From positions 1 through 56,476 of the forward strand of contig NW_003314468.1 in assembly GCF_000143415.4 (NCBI RefSeq): a stretch of 56,476 nucleotides of DNA, given 5' to 3'. The notes under the pieces were generated by a model, which was given only the letters and a program-made list of their open reading frames with translations, did no database searches and was not told the origin of the DNA. The position numbers and the translations under genes were made by a program. The stretch is from Selaginella moellendorffii. Lineage: Eukaryota; Plantae; Lycopodiophyta. Of the stretch, positions 1 to 13,113 are shown piece by piece (the first letter of the stretch is position 1; each line of letters opens with the position of its first letter).

Positions 1-335
1 ATCTGTGAGGCAAACCTCAATATAATTTATATCATTGACAAATTTCTCAATGGGTTCACGCCCTTTCAAGGTCACAACATGCTCCTCTGTCTGTGCCCCA
101 AGAATTTGGGATAAAGCAGTCCAATTCTCGCTGGAAATCTTGGCACAATCAAGAAGATGAATTTACTGCTCACCAAAGACCAATCTTGATTATGGAAAAG
201 ACTCACTTTTTTCGAATTTTCCAATCACGCTACTCCACAATGGCGCCCTGCTGCTGCTTGCCATATGACTGCGAACATGCAACAATCTCCCATGATTAAT
301 ACAGAGATCGCGGGAAGCATGGTGTACCATTCACA

Positions 336-347
336 GCTCTGATACCA
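336..347 (-). mobile_element. tRNA-iMet primer binding site of an LTR-retrotransposon relic (LTR end at ~348, internal region running off the left edge)
   Basis: GCTCTGATACCA is the reverse complement of TGGTATCAGAGC and is immediately followed by TG (CA end of an LTR on the minus strand). No recognisable gag is left. Confidence 0.55.
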
Positions 348-574
348 TGATGATACTGCTAAAGAGCATCTTACACCCTAGGTATAGAGGAACAGAACCT
401 GCCTATGTGGCATAGAGCTACTAACATCCTGAAAGCCTGCTCCTTATTGTCTTTGGGCACGACGACATGAAAGCTTTTCTTTCTGACTTTGATAGGGAAC
501 ATCTCGACATGATGTCCCCCCTCCTCCATAGATGAGTTATTTGATGTCCCAAATGTTAGGCACCAAGTCAAAAT

Positions 575-1290
575 AATAGAATAAAAAAAAGGCCTTAAAA
601 TCAAGTGATTAGCCCTTTAATCAATTAGCATAAGATGTAAGGGATAAAATCCTAACAATGAATAAGGTTTAGTTCTTTAGTGGTTGGGGAGAAGTACTAC
701 AATGTGGTGGCAATGCAGTTCCAGTGAATCTGGGACATGCTGAAAGATTGTCCTGCTCAAATGCTTATCGAAGAGTGCTATCAAAAAAGTCATCATGGAA
801 CTTCCAGGATGGAAGTTCTTCAGCAAGTTGAATCAGCCACACAACATCATTGAGGCAAAGCATCTGAAGCTCAAGATTATGATATGCTATGCAACTGTAA
901 GCTAGTTGACTAAAGGGTGGCCTCAATATAATTGGGTGTTAAGCACCATGCCAAGATAATAGGATAAAGAAAGGGCTTTACAATCAAATAATCACCCCTT
1001 TAGCCAATTAGGATAGGATCCTAACAGCTAATGAAACTTGGTTCCTTGGTGGCCAAGGAGTACTACAATGCAATGGCAATGCAGTTCCAGTGAATCTAGG
1101 ACCTGCTGAGAGATTGTGCTGCCCAAACACTTATCGAAGAGTGCTACCAAAGGAGTCATCATGGAACTTCCATGATGGAAGTTCTTCAGCAAGTCGAATC
1201 GGCCACGCAATATCATCATGGGGCAGGGGAAAAGTATCAGAAGCTCAAGATTGTGATATGCTACACAGCTGCAGGGCAGTTCGGCCAGTT
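575..1290. repeat. Diverged tandem duplication (~370-bp unit); its AT-rich head also recurs at ~46445 and ~53460-53740
   Basis: gcagttccagtgaatct..., catggaacttcca.gatggaagttcttcagcaagt and gaagctcaagatt each occur at both ~715-890 and ~1080-1260. The motif aatcaaataatcacccctttA recurs at 982 and 53708. Confidence 0.7.
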
Positions 1291-1548
1291 TTTCATGCTC
1301 CAAGCAAGAAGCATACGTGATTCACTGAGAAAACTCTGTTTTCTAACGTTCTTTTGGCGTAGGGAGTCCTCATGCCAGTGACTGACGTGCTGGATGGACT
1401 GAGCAAGCTCTACTTCTTGTTGCTATGAATGGATGTGAGCGTGGCCGCTGAAACCCTGTGAGTGATGAACAAGCTCGCACCGATTCCGTACTGAGTAGAT
1501 CATTTCAGGCCTCCACTTGATACGTTTGTTCCCCATGGTCACTGCGAA

Positions 1549-2330
1549 ATGAAGAGAATCATAGACTTCGAAGTGTATTCTTCCGAGCACGAGGTCTGTC
1601 TTGCTGGTCTCGAGGCCGCTTACATCGCCGCCATAGAAGCTGGAGGACATATGATCAGTAGCGTGTTTGGGCCTACACTTGAGTCCAAGGAGGTAGAACT
1701 CATGCGCGAGGTGACTCTCTCTGCCATCCCGAAGCACACGTCCTCTCGCTTAGGTTCTGATATCTCGGAATCATCAGAACGATCTTCTTCATCAGACAGT
1801 AGCAGCGGCAGTGGCGGCAGGAGGAGAAAGAGAGCGAGACTGGCGACGGTCACCAAGAGCACGGAAGTGATCAAGGCGATGAAGGCGGTCTACGAGGTGG
1901 AAACTCTACCGCTCTGTGTGAAGAAATACCCCAACAACGAGGAGGACATGTGCGACATGGCGTATGAGGATTGAAAGCTTTGCACAAAGATGGTAAGCTT
2001 TCTTAATTTTCTTTTCTTCTAGTGTCTGTCTCATCCTGCACAAGATCATGTATGACTACTCGAAAGAGAAGTACGTGCTGATCGATCTGGAGAGCGTCAG
2101 CAAGAATGAAGAAGTGCCAGCGTTTCGATTTAAAGGCTGGATCGCGACAAGGCTGGAGGCCGACTGGCGCTACACGATTTAATCCGACTTCCATCAACTC
2201 GGACTCGTGCTCCAGTCTACAGAAGTCAAGGACTGCTTGCTCTTGAGCAGGCCTCAGACGACCAGGGCTAAAAGGCTTCTCGAACACAAGTGGATCTCGC
2301 GAGTACACAGAATAAGAATATGCCATAGAA
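1549..2330 (+). pseudogene. Degenerate protein-kinase-like gene fragment
   Basis: One frame from ~2027 reads KIMYDYSKEKYVLIDLE...RYTI*SDFHQLG...TRAKRLLEHKWI, resembling kinase subdomains VII, IX and XI. It contains in-frame stops. Confidence 0.4.
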
Positions 2331-2473
2331 GAATTAGGGCGGACGTGGATTATACTACCTTAGAATTTAGGGCTGACGTAGATTATGCCTATCCTTAGAA
2401 TATGCTTTAAACTCAAACGAATTTTAGGGCACGACAGACTATTCCTCCTTGGAAATGCGCGGGGACGAGGAGG

Positions 2474-3841
2474 ATGAGCGATCCCGGGGCGTCGGGCTAC
2501 GTCGTGCTGCTGCGGCGATGCATCGCGGGCAGGGATCTGGAGGGTGGCCGGCGATTGCACGCGCAGATCGTCCGCTCTGGCTGGCACACCGATCTCTTCG
2601 TCGCCAATCTCCTCATCCAGATGTATGGCGCCTGCCGCTCCATTGCCAGCGCCATGGCCGTCTTCCGCGAGCTCCGCGTCCGCAACCTCTTCACCATCAA
2701 CATCACCATCGCCGCGCTTGCCCAGAACGGCTGCTTCCGCGACGCGCGATCCCTGTTCGTGGAATCCCCCCGCCGCGACGTCATCACCTGGAACTCGATG
2801 CTCACCATCGCCGCGCAGCGCCTCCGGATCGGCGAGGCGCGGGAGGTCTTCGCGCGGATGCCTGCCCGGGGCGTCGTCTCGGCGAACGCGATGATCGCAG
2901 CATTTGCCCAATGCGGGCAAATTCGCGAAGCCCAGGAGTTCTTCCGCAACGCCATGGCCGAGAGGGACGTCTCGAGATGGAAAAATCTCCTCCACGCCTG
3001 CGTCTCCTCCGGGGAGGTCGATCTCGCGCGATCGGTCTTCGATGCTATGCCTCACTGGGATTGTGTCGCGTGGTTGAGCATGATCCAGGGCTACGCCGAG
3101 CGCTGATGCACAACGCCGAGGAGCTCTTCCTCGCGCTGGATCATCCGGATCTCATGTCCATCACGTCCATGATCGCGGGCTATGGATCCGTGGGGAAGAT
3201 CGACCAGGCGAGGGAGCTCTTCTCGCGGATGAAGCACTGCAACACCGTTGCCTGGAACGTGATGATCCAGGCGCTGAGGAGGCGCGGCAGGCATTCGATT
3301 CGATGACGGCGCCGAGGAATCTCTCGTCCTGGAACACGATCATCTCGGCCTACGCACAGGCGGGGCTGGTGGATCGCGCGAGGGAGCTCTTCGATCAAAC
3401 CCTGGACAAGAACGTGGTGACCTGGACGGCGGTGATGCACGCGGCAGCTCCGCAAGGCGCGATCGATCCTCGACGCCATGCCGACGCGATCCAGCTCTTC
3501 CGGATCATGGATCTTGAGACGATCGTGAGCGTGCTTTTCGCGGCCACAGCGATCCAAGATCCATCACTGGCGCACCACATCCTGCCCGATATCCGCCACA
3601 GCGCCTCTACCGCGAGGGTGCGGTGGGGAATTCCCTCGTCCATCTCTTCAGCCGATCGGGGCGGCTGGACGACGCGCGCGAGATCTTCCAGGGAATGATC
3701 GACAGAGCACGGTTTCTTGGAATATCGCCATCACGGCCACGGCCAAGGCCGGCACGGCCGATCGGCGCTCCAGCTGCTGGAATCCATGGCGCTCGACGGT
3801 TGCGCGCCCGACGCGATCACATTCTCGTGCCACATTGGATC
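2474..3841 (+). pseudogene. PLS-class pentatricopeptide repeat (PPR) gene, disrupted and 3'-truncated
   Basis: Typical motifs: DLFVANLLIQMYGAC, RDVITWNSML, NTVAWNVMIQA, RNLSSWNTIISAYAQAG, GNSLVHLFSRSGRLDDAREIF. Stop at 3104-3106 and several frameshifts. It abuts the LMBR1 unit at ~3842. Confidence 0.9.
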
Positions 3842-5645
3842 GAGCGTGCCTTGGTACCTATAGTTTCATAATAAAAACCATTACATTCTAGAAAATGCAT
3901 TTAAAAAAAAGTGCTTACTTCATTGGATGAATGGAAAGAAACAGAAGCCTCATTCCCAGATGCATCTTTCCAGATATGACAGACATAACAAGGTAGTAGC
4001 AAAAGATTGCAAACGTGGTGGTTCCCAGCAAGCCTGAAAAGAAGGAAACTATTCAGGTCTAGAGATCGCATCGACAGAAAGTACCCCCGACAGTGTCAAG
4101 CTGAATAAAGACTTGATTCAGAAACGGAAAAGCTGGAGGATTGACAAGCATGAAAACAATGATGTGGAGAAGCCAAATTATAGACAAAGCCAAACTGCAA
4201 CAAGAGAAATAATAAGACTGAATCTTTTTCTCAAGGACTTTCTTACCCGACAATGCCAAAAACAAGCTTGGCTAGGTAGAAGAGAACCGTAAGTGTCTGC
4301 CTGAGAGAAAACCAGCAGTAGAATCAGCACAAAAACTTAAATGGTAAACTAGAACGGTACCTTCTCTCCCTGTGGGAATGCCTCATTCAGAGCTTCAACA
4401 TCATCTTCCAAAAAGACAAGCTCCTGAATCGAGCTACACATATGCGTTTGTCAACATGATCACGTCCACCATTTACTTTTGTTTCTGTGCGCAGTGGTGC
4501 TCACCTGCTGGACTTTCTTCACATTTTTTCGAAACATCCGTCCTTTCTTCCCACCTCTCTCTTCGCGTTGGAGGCCCAAAGTCGCCGTTTTTAGCTCGTT
4601 AGAGCGCTTGGCTAGATCAGTCGCCTCCTGTAAAGCCATCACCTTGAAGATATTAGTTGCAAGAAATGAGAACAAATCACACACACACCTTTACGTATTG
4701 AGCACGAGTAATAACACACTTGGGCCTATTCTTGAACGCAAATATGAGGCTCAGTGGTAATGTTGCCATTCCAACACCTCCAAACATCTGCAGGAAGGAA
4801 ATCAGATCTTCTAGAAAACAACACATAAAACGACATTACCATGAAGAGTATTGATCCTATTATTGTGTTTAATGTGATCACGTAAGTCACAGATAGTTTT
4901 AACCAGAGATCCAGACATATAAGCTGCACACTGTCACACAATGTTGTCAGATCAATGAAGAAAGGGAAAATGTAAAAGAAAAGGCTTACCATGAGAGTAA
5001 CATTAGAAAACAATGAGAAACCAGCCGAAACCAAGCACGAAGCCTTTGCATTGAGCGAGCTAAAATCATTAATGAACGCCATCGTTGTGGATGAAAGACT
5101 TCTCATGGTGAAATCGGCATAACCAATAACAGCTTCAAGCAATCACGTAGAAAAAGGGTTTAAGAACAAAAGATGGAAAAGAGCTTCTTACCATAGAGAA
5201 TTCCCAAAAGGAGGCAGAAAACTGTGAGGAGTATCACCACCCACAAGAGAGCGTTCTTTACCCTTTGTGTCACAGTCCTGGAAATCACCACGAACAAAGA
5301 AAGCTTTTGAGATCATGGAGGAATAGAAAGAACTTAAGAAACTCTAGGAGGAGCTCGGTCGATCGAGTATTCTAAGAACAAGAACAAAAAGATGGAAGAT
5401 TACTTCTCCTGATCGCTCTCGTAGAAGAAGATCGCGAAAGGAATGACGAGCACAGTGTCGATGATGTAAACCGCCCACCATAGCTGCTTCATCGGGAGAG
5501 TGAGCTTACACGCCCCGACGTAGAGATTCTTCTCGCAGGAATGGCGATTCGCGACGTCCGCCGGGAGCATCAGGATCGAGAGTTGGGCAATGCTGAGCCC
5601 AATCACGACGATGATCTTGGGAAGATAGGCCTGATTCTGGAGCGC
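3842..5645 (-). pseudogene. LIMR/LMBR1-like membrane protein, copy 1 (multi-exon, truncated at both ends)
   Basis: Exons encode SILMLPADVANRHSC...LTLPMKQLWWAVYIID...[41 protein letters not shown] and FLSIHPMK|YQGTL. Short GT-AG introns. Confidence 0.85.
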
Positions 5646-5669
5646 GTGATGCCGGGGATCCAGCGTCTC

Positions 5670-8639
5670 GAGGAGCTGGAGAACGGGGAGCGTAATGCCG
5701 GTGGCGATGGATCCTCAGCTCCTCGGCCGCGGTAATCTATAGCGTGCCGGGCGGATTGAGGGATCCAGGGCGATTGTGTGTCGTGGAGCAATGGGAACCA
5801 GCTCCAGCTCTCCTACATCGAGAATGCTGTGGGAGGCGGTGGAAGAGTCACGGAGATTCATCTGGGAGAAGGATGGGATGCCGAGAGGCGGCGACTGGCG
5901 TATGATTCTCTCCCGGCTTTTGCTCTTCTCCAGAACCAGCGGCAATTGGGCTACAACCCTGGCGACTGGTCACTGGTATGAAAAATTCTTCTCTTTTTCT
6001 CTAGAAACGCTAGTTGTGATCGCAGGTGGGAGCATGTTTTAGAATATAGCGAGAGCATTCGCAGCGTTCTCGACCAGCCCACCCAAGGCAAGGTTGTGTG
6101 AGAGAATGATGTGAAAGATTCATTTGATTTATTTATTTGTTTTGTGCAGGAGGAGAAGACCTCGATGCTTAAGGCTGTGTGGGAGCTCATAGAAGTTTTC
6201 TATGTGGACAGAAGCGCGACATGGTGGCTTCCGGAGCGTCTTGTAGACTGGCTAGCGGTAAGAAGCAGTGAGTTTTTTCTTGACTTACGATTGATTTGCC
6301 TGTGAGCTTTGCAGAAGTATGACAAAGTCCTCTTGATTGATGAGGACACTGTACATTCCAAGGTAGTGTCGTTCCAGCGGAAGCTTTCCGAGATTCAAGT
6401 AAGTTCGAAGTCTTGCAGCTTTTTGTTTTCTCTTTGTGTATCGTTGTTTAACTTGCACTTGCAGTTTCCCGAAGACGATGCAGCTTACTGGGATGCAATG
6501 GCCTCGGCCTTGTCAGTCGGATGGCTTGACGTTGTTGTAAGTTGTAAAACTGTGCGTGTAAGTTCCATTGGTAATCTCAATCTTCCAGATAGCGTTCTTG
6601 CGGATGCATGGATCGTATCGATTGGATCAGCTTGATGACCGGCAGGTTTCTTTCTCCATGCTGTTTTGTTGACTTGCGTTAACTTCCGGATGCTTTTTTA
6701 TGTCTTGGCAGACTGAAAATGGCCTCGTAGAAGCAGTTACACTGCTCATTATGCAAATGCCGCGGCTGCGCCCAAGGCTCCCTGATGAAAGTCCTGGTGT
6801 TGCTATAGGTTTTAAGCCTGACTCTTCTAAGGTTTGATGTGGTTGCAGCAAAGTTTTTAGTTTCTCAGATTTTATTACATGCAGGCGAGGGAAAAATGGC
6901 GAAGTCAGGTTTCCAAGCTTGAAAATAGTGTGTTTTGGGCGGAATGCAACCACCGTGGGACGCTTCTTGGTCTTAAGAAGCTAATACAGGTGCTATTGGG
7001 AAACGTTGATGTTCTACAGCTCTCTACGTTTCACTGGATGGAGCTGCTGGTGGCGCATTTCCTACATCTGATACCTTTTTCTTTGGTATGTATGAACTGT
7101 GTAGTGTGCTCAGTTCACTTGCAATTATCGGGTGCAGGTCTTAGATGGAATGCGTAGCATAGCTTCCAAGTGCAAAAGATTGAAAAGTTCTGGGGACGAA
7201 GACCTTGAAGAACTTTTATCTGCAATTATCAGCAACGACACCGAGGTAAATGCTCTTCCCCGTCACAGTGGAGTTTAATCTAGCACTATACAGATACTCT
7301 TGGCGAAGTGTTCGAAGGTTTTCAATGCCTGGTAAGAACTTCTCATGTCGAATATTGATATAAATTTTCTATCAGGATGATGGCGCATGTTGATGATCTC
7401 CTGATAGCAAAAGGGGAGGACGTTCGATCTCTTCTTGAAGAAGACAGGCAAACTCTAGGCGGCTTGAGCTTGAAAGAACTCCATCGTTTGGTTTATTCTC
7501 AAGTACTGTCTTCGCACAGCTTAACCTGGCAGGTATATCGTTGATTTCTTTGTTCTTGATGTTTGTCTAACAATTATCTCAGCTAGCACCTGTTTACCTC
7601 GCGGCTTGCCCAAAGCAAGGCCTGGGAATGCTTGAAGCTCTCCTAATGAAGCAGAGTTGTTCCAATCAGAAACTGGCATTGAAGGTTGGTCTTGGTGTGA
7701 CGTTTTCTTGAATCTTAATGTGAATTTTGTGCAACAGGCACTAGAGATATGCCGCCTCTATGAACTTGATACCGTGAGCACAGCCATCGCCAGGGTTTAG
7801 TATCTTCTTCCTTTCCAGGCTTGGGGTTCTCACATGTGTTTTATGTCTTCCAGGCTGTTGGTGTTCATAGTTTAAAGCATGGAAAGAAGGGCCAAGGGAT
7901 AATGTGGCTTCAATTGGCCCGAGACGAGCAGAGGCTTTCTACTCTTGTGGATCAGATTTTGAACACAATAACGTCTGGTGAAGCTGATAGTCTGGATAAT
8001 CTCGAGGTAGCAGTCTTACGTTTTATTTGATACACGCACACTTTTAACGCTCTTTTCCCGTGCCAGCATTTTGAGGGTCTCTGTGACATCCTTGGCTCGG
8101 GAGCAACGAAGCATCAAGGCCTGTCGTTCCTAGCAAGGTACTCACTTTATACAGTTGCGAAACTATCCGGAGCTCACTTCTAACTTCACACAGGTACAAA
8201 AGCTTTAAGGCAGCGCTGCAAAACATCAGAGATCTGTGGCTTCCTACACCGAAAACCTCGCTGTGACTTCTCTTCTCCAGGTTACCAATCCGTTCGGAAC
8301 TTCTTCTTGCTCACTAAAACCCCGGCTTGCAGCTTCTAAAATCTGGAACCTTTCCACGTAAATTCTGGCTGTCCTTGCTCCAAGAATCAGTATGGAGCTG
8401 TTCTCACATCTCGTTTACACTCTAAAATTCGGATCTATCAGGTGGAGCTGCTGGAATGGCCGGAGCAAGTGCTGGTTAGCGAGTCCGAAACAAACACTCT
8501 ACTCTGCTGCCTCCAGGAACTCTTCCTCGCCAGGGACCGGCTAGAGAACGACATCCTAGGCACCGCAGAGCCTGGCGCTTTGGATCGCCTGAGATTGGCG
8601 CTGGCATCCAACTTGGGCCGTGCCATCTTGCAAAGCTGA
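5670..8639 (+). pseudogene. NUP85: Nuclear pore protein Nup85 homolog, near-complete copy with frameshift/deletions
   Basis: SWSNGNQL, RRLAYDSLPAFALLQ, LKAVWELIEVFYVD...WLPERLVDWLA, FLRMHGSY, ENGLVEA and C-terminal RLALASNLGRAILQS match plant Nup85. Indels relative to the 50590 copy (e.g. ~5775, ~8240). Start codon uncertain. Confidence 0.85.
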
Positions 8640-9464
8640 TCGTAGCTTGGCATAGATTCTCTCTGTCCAAAAATCACTAGCTGATTCTCAGCGTGCAACA
8701 AATGTAGTTGCTCCACCACGATCGCTGCTGCTTATGCCGGTTGTCACCACCGCTACCAATGCTACCAGCGCCACCGCTAAACTTTGGCGAGGGGTTTCTA
8801 ACATTCTCGATGGCTTTCATCAGGACGTTGTTATTGGTACGCTTGGGTGGTGGCATCAATCAACACCTCCCTATCCTGCCTTGGAAGTCAGGCTCCCAAT
8901 CTCAGACAAGCGCAAACAAGCTTTTGCTACTCTCCCCTAACAGTGTGATTTCACCCTGTTGACGTTCACGGCCCATTTCCTTCACCATCAATTCTCCAAA
9001 GGGTTTTTAAAGTTGTAAAAGTTGACTTAGTGGACCTGTGGGTTTCCACAAGCACTGGTTCCTTTGCGACGATGCGGTTCCAGGCAAAGTCGTCTACTCA
9101 TTTGGCGAGGAGAGGACGCTGCAATCTACCCAGAGCAATGTACGGCAGTTTATCATGCCCTAAAAGCATATGCGTAAAGAATATGATACCTGATTTTCTT
9201 GGCGTTTTCTGTTTGGTGTAAATGCGTTTAACTCATTTTCTGCACTAAACTAATCTTTCAGAACGCTCAATCCACCCAATCACCTTTTTTTTTTTAACCT
9301 GCAGGTTTGGAGGTATATGTATGACAAAGTCATGCAGCTGCGATGAGTCAAGCTATACTTCATTTTGGGATAAACATGTTTTGTGCACTAAATTAACTCA
9401 TTTACCCCATTATAAAAATGGAGTCTTCTTCTGGTGTACATACTTCTTCTGAAGGTGAATTGCA

Positions 9465-10501
9465 ATGGCAACAATGGCGACAATGCAGGGAGCCTTGGTG
9501 ACATTGTGGCGAATTTTGATTTCAGCAAGGTAAAGTGGAACCTGTCTTGCCCAAAGCAGTGCTTAACTCCTTGTGGAATGCTCCAGATTGATGTGCGTTC
9601 CAAGAGTTCCGAGGATTACCTCCACACCAACCTGGCACCATCGTTTGGGGCATTGAATGCAGAAACAGTGAAGAAGATGGATGAGGTTCTCAAGGTTTGC
9701 ATCTCAGGAACTACCACTCTTCTTGCCACAGTGCCACCAGAAGAGCGAACTTGGGAGAAGGTCAACTCCATGTTCATGCAAAATCCCCTGGTTGAGCCAA
9801 TGGGCGATGGGGTTAGCAGAGCTGACAAGTTTCTCAACAAACTCCCGAAGGATCACATTTTTCAAGGAGCTATTGTGAAAGCAGTAGTAGAAGTTATATA
9901 TTATAGAAGCTATTAACCTTTGCGGCCTTCTCTCGTCACAGGTCCGGACCTGGTTTGTGAATCTGATTGCAGATGAGGACGTCCTGAAATCAACCAAGAT
10001 CGACATTGAAGTTCTTCAGGAAATTCTTGCGCAGTCTGCCAAGCATGAGCACCACGAGAAGACCATAGTTGACATCGTGGTCTTAAGGTACCCTGATATG
10101 GAAAACCCGTACTTCAAGGTTTGTGCCCAGGCTGCCCTTTGTATTTCAGTCACAGCTCATGCTTATGAGTACAGGTGTACCGCATCAAACTCTTTGCTTC
10201 GTCTGATAGCACCCATATTTTGTTCCATCAGGTGGATTCCAATGGCATCATTGGAGGTGAGGTGTCTAATGTAAACCACTGAAGACTGCACGCTCCTTTT
10301 GTTCTATTTGCAGAGTTCACCTTCCATAAGTTTAAGCCACACAAGGAGGTCATTGACAAGATGAACCCAGACGCCAAAAAGAAGGCTGTGGAGGCTGCAG
10401 ATAACATCTTTGGTGACATTGACAAGGCTGTGGATGCAGATAACATCTTTGGTGTCATTGGCAAGGTTGTGGAAGCTGCAGATAACATCTTTGGTTTCTA
10501 A
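9465..10501 (+). pseudogene. Uncharacterised ~270-aa protein 'X', copy 1 (4 exons; frameshifting N-terminal deletion; C-terminal ~36-bp repeat x3)
   Basis: Homologous to 41862, 46683 and 54579, with shared GT-AG introns. It lacks the FGSLKEI-coding segment seen in copies 2 and 3. AVEAADNIFG is triplicated at ~10380-10497. Confidence 0.75.
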
Positions 10502-11675
10502 TATCCAGGCTGTGTCAATTGAGCCAAGATGCCCCCTGCTTCAAGCTAAAACATCTTTCTAAATAATAATCAAGTCATATCTTTCATTTACTTGAAAATA
10601 ACAGTCTTTTTAATCTCAATTTCTGAAAGAGACATTCAGGGAAACAACGGCTTCATAGACCTGGAACGACAAACTACATAAAAGTAATAAATATATAAAA
10701 GCTAGATGCTTTGGATTCCGTCAATGTAGCAAATTTTTGCCTTCCACTGGAATATTGGAAGGTGATGATAAGTTTATCTATGAGAGTCTATAACGCTCAT
10801 ACCTTCACGATGTTGTTGAAACTTGTCTTTGCTCAAAGCTTTTGTCATAATGTTCTATCTATATACTGTTTATAGTCTTGTGGTGCCCATCAAGAAGCAT
10901 TGATATATTAATAAAACGAAACAGGACAGTTTGAGATCATTATCATTGTCTCTTTGGTCTCTGTAGATTCTTCGCACTCAAGGTTACCACAAGTTAGCCA
11001 CGGACACGCTCAATCAGCTCTAAGCCGAGTTGATGGCTTGGCTGTGAGTGCCATTTGGCTCTCCATCTGGTGCCGGATTTTCCCATCCTGCTACTTTGAT
11101 GCAAACGACCCCAGGAACTCTGTCGCAAAAATATTGTAGAGCAACAAGGTCTCTCAGACAAGGTAATATTTAAGTTGACTTTGACAAGGAACAAAACTTC
11201 GAGAATAGAACTTTAGAGAATGCTATTGGGCGTTTTTGTTGCAAACGGCTTGGCACAGTGCAGCCAGTGCTGATGGAACAAGGCAAAGGGAGGCCCTCAG
11301 AACCGTCAAGCTTTTCCTCCTGTAACTCACGAACTTTGTCATGAGCATATTGTAAGTTTTCTTTGGCAAATGCTTATGTACTGATCAGTTGTTTCAGGCT
11401 ATTTCGGCAGCACATCAGAGGTGTGACATCTCCTGCTATGGTCCTAGAGATCTACTCCGGGATTAGATTTCTCGCTCATTCAAGACAATCCAGATGTTAA
11501 GACAGTTGTAAAGTTTTAGATTAATTGTTCCTAGTGTTCCTCTAACATGGCACTGTTTGGGTTTGAAATCTGGTAAGCTAAATGCGCAGGCCATGCATTT
11601 TGTAGAATGTATCCAATCTTTCCAAAACAGCAACTTCCCTTATTTCTTTTCCTACTTTCTTGTCTAGCTGAGAAC

Positions 11676-12180
11676 ACCTATAGTTTCATAATAAAAACCA
11701 TTACATTCTAGAAAATCCATTAAAAAAGAAATGCTTACTTCATTGGATGAATGGAAAGAAACTCTTTCCAAATATGACAGACATGATAAGGCAGTAGCAA
11801 AAAATTGCAAACACGGTAGTTCCTAGCAATTCTGAAAGCAAGGAAACTATTCAGGTCTAGAGATTGCATCGACAAAAAGTACCCCCGGCAATGTCAAGTT
11901 GAATAAAGACTTGGTTCAGAAACAGAAAACCTGGAGGATTGACAAGCATGTAAACAATGATGTGGAGAAGCCAAATTATAGACAAAGCCAAGCTGCAATA
12001 AGAGAAATAATAAGATTGAATCTTTTTCTCAAGACCTAAAGGACTTTATTACCCAAAAATGCCGAAAACAAGCTTGGTTAGGTAGAAAAGAATTGTAAGA
12101 CCCCAGGATGTTTCTACCTGAGAGAAAACCAGCAGTAGAATCAGCACAAAAACTTAAATGGTAAACTAGAATGGTACATT
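11676..12180 (-). pseudogene. LIMR/LMBR1-like fragment, copy 2, ending at the transposon complex
   Basis: Near-identical to 3857-4360. Confidence 0.8.
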
Positions 12181-12214
12181 CTCTTATACACATAAACTCC
12201 TCAATGGAACAAAG

Positions 12215-13113
12215 TGTCGCGAATGTGATTTTAGGTATCGAAAGTTACCTATCGGCTAGTCTTTATGGACACTCTTTCCTTACTACCACGACGGCAGAAA
12301 GTTGGTATTGTTGGACCCGTTATCAATTCCCACTTGAGCTAATTGAGAAACATGTCAATGACCATGCACTTAGATTGGATAAATATAAGGTAGGAACTCT
12401 ATGTGTTTCTTGCTGAGCATACTCGTCCTGGTTTAAGAAACTTGTGTCATTAGCTTGCACTTGCTAATATCAAGAACCTCTACGATATTAAGCTTAGTCC
12501 CTCAATATTTGCTAGATAATAGCTTACCATATTTGCCAAACACTTTTGCTATCATGCCCTTTGTGTTAGTTTCATTCCGGTCCCAAATGCTATTTATGGA
12601 AAGTGTCTAGATTTGTTTATTTGGCATATCTACGGAATGTAGAGATTGGCCTGAACACAATGGTGTTCGTCTCGTGTCCAAATTCACATTTTAACACCAT
12701 TCTATATTTAATAAGTTTTGAACTTGTCCTAAAGACTAACTCCTGATATTAAGGGAGGCTTGGGGTGAAAGCCCAAAGCATGTGTTCTTCAAAGGGTTCT
12801 GGGGGGGGGGGGGGGGGGATATATAAGGGGTTCCAAATGTATAGTAGGGATAGTGGGTAGGTCGAGCATAGCTGACCAACTTGAGGTAGTTTAACTCCCA
12901 CTTGCGTGTTTGTCCTTGTTCTGCGTCTGACTTGGGTATAAGCCCAAGTTCCACACCATACTAGTTGGTGGAGTACCTATATCCTCACGTTATGCCACCA
13001 GTATGCTAAAATAACACTAGACTCCGTTTGGCTCCATTTTGTGTGTTGGTCTTGGCATTGGGATGTGGGATGCTCTAGGACTGTTTTAAGTCACTCTATA
13101 CTTTTGTCCCTTT
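12215..13113 (-). mobile_element. LTR family B, left part (host of the gypsy element; continues at 35174)
   Basis: Reverse-complement homolog of ~34180-35076. Starts TGTCGC. Ends in TSD CCTTT (13109-13113). Confidence 0.85.

Noticed and set aside
2360-3557. Long antisense and alternative-frame ORFs over the PPR gene
   Set aside because: GC-rich shadow frames of the PPR coding sequence.
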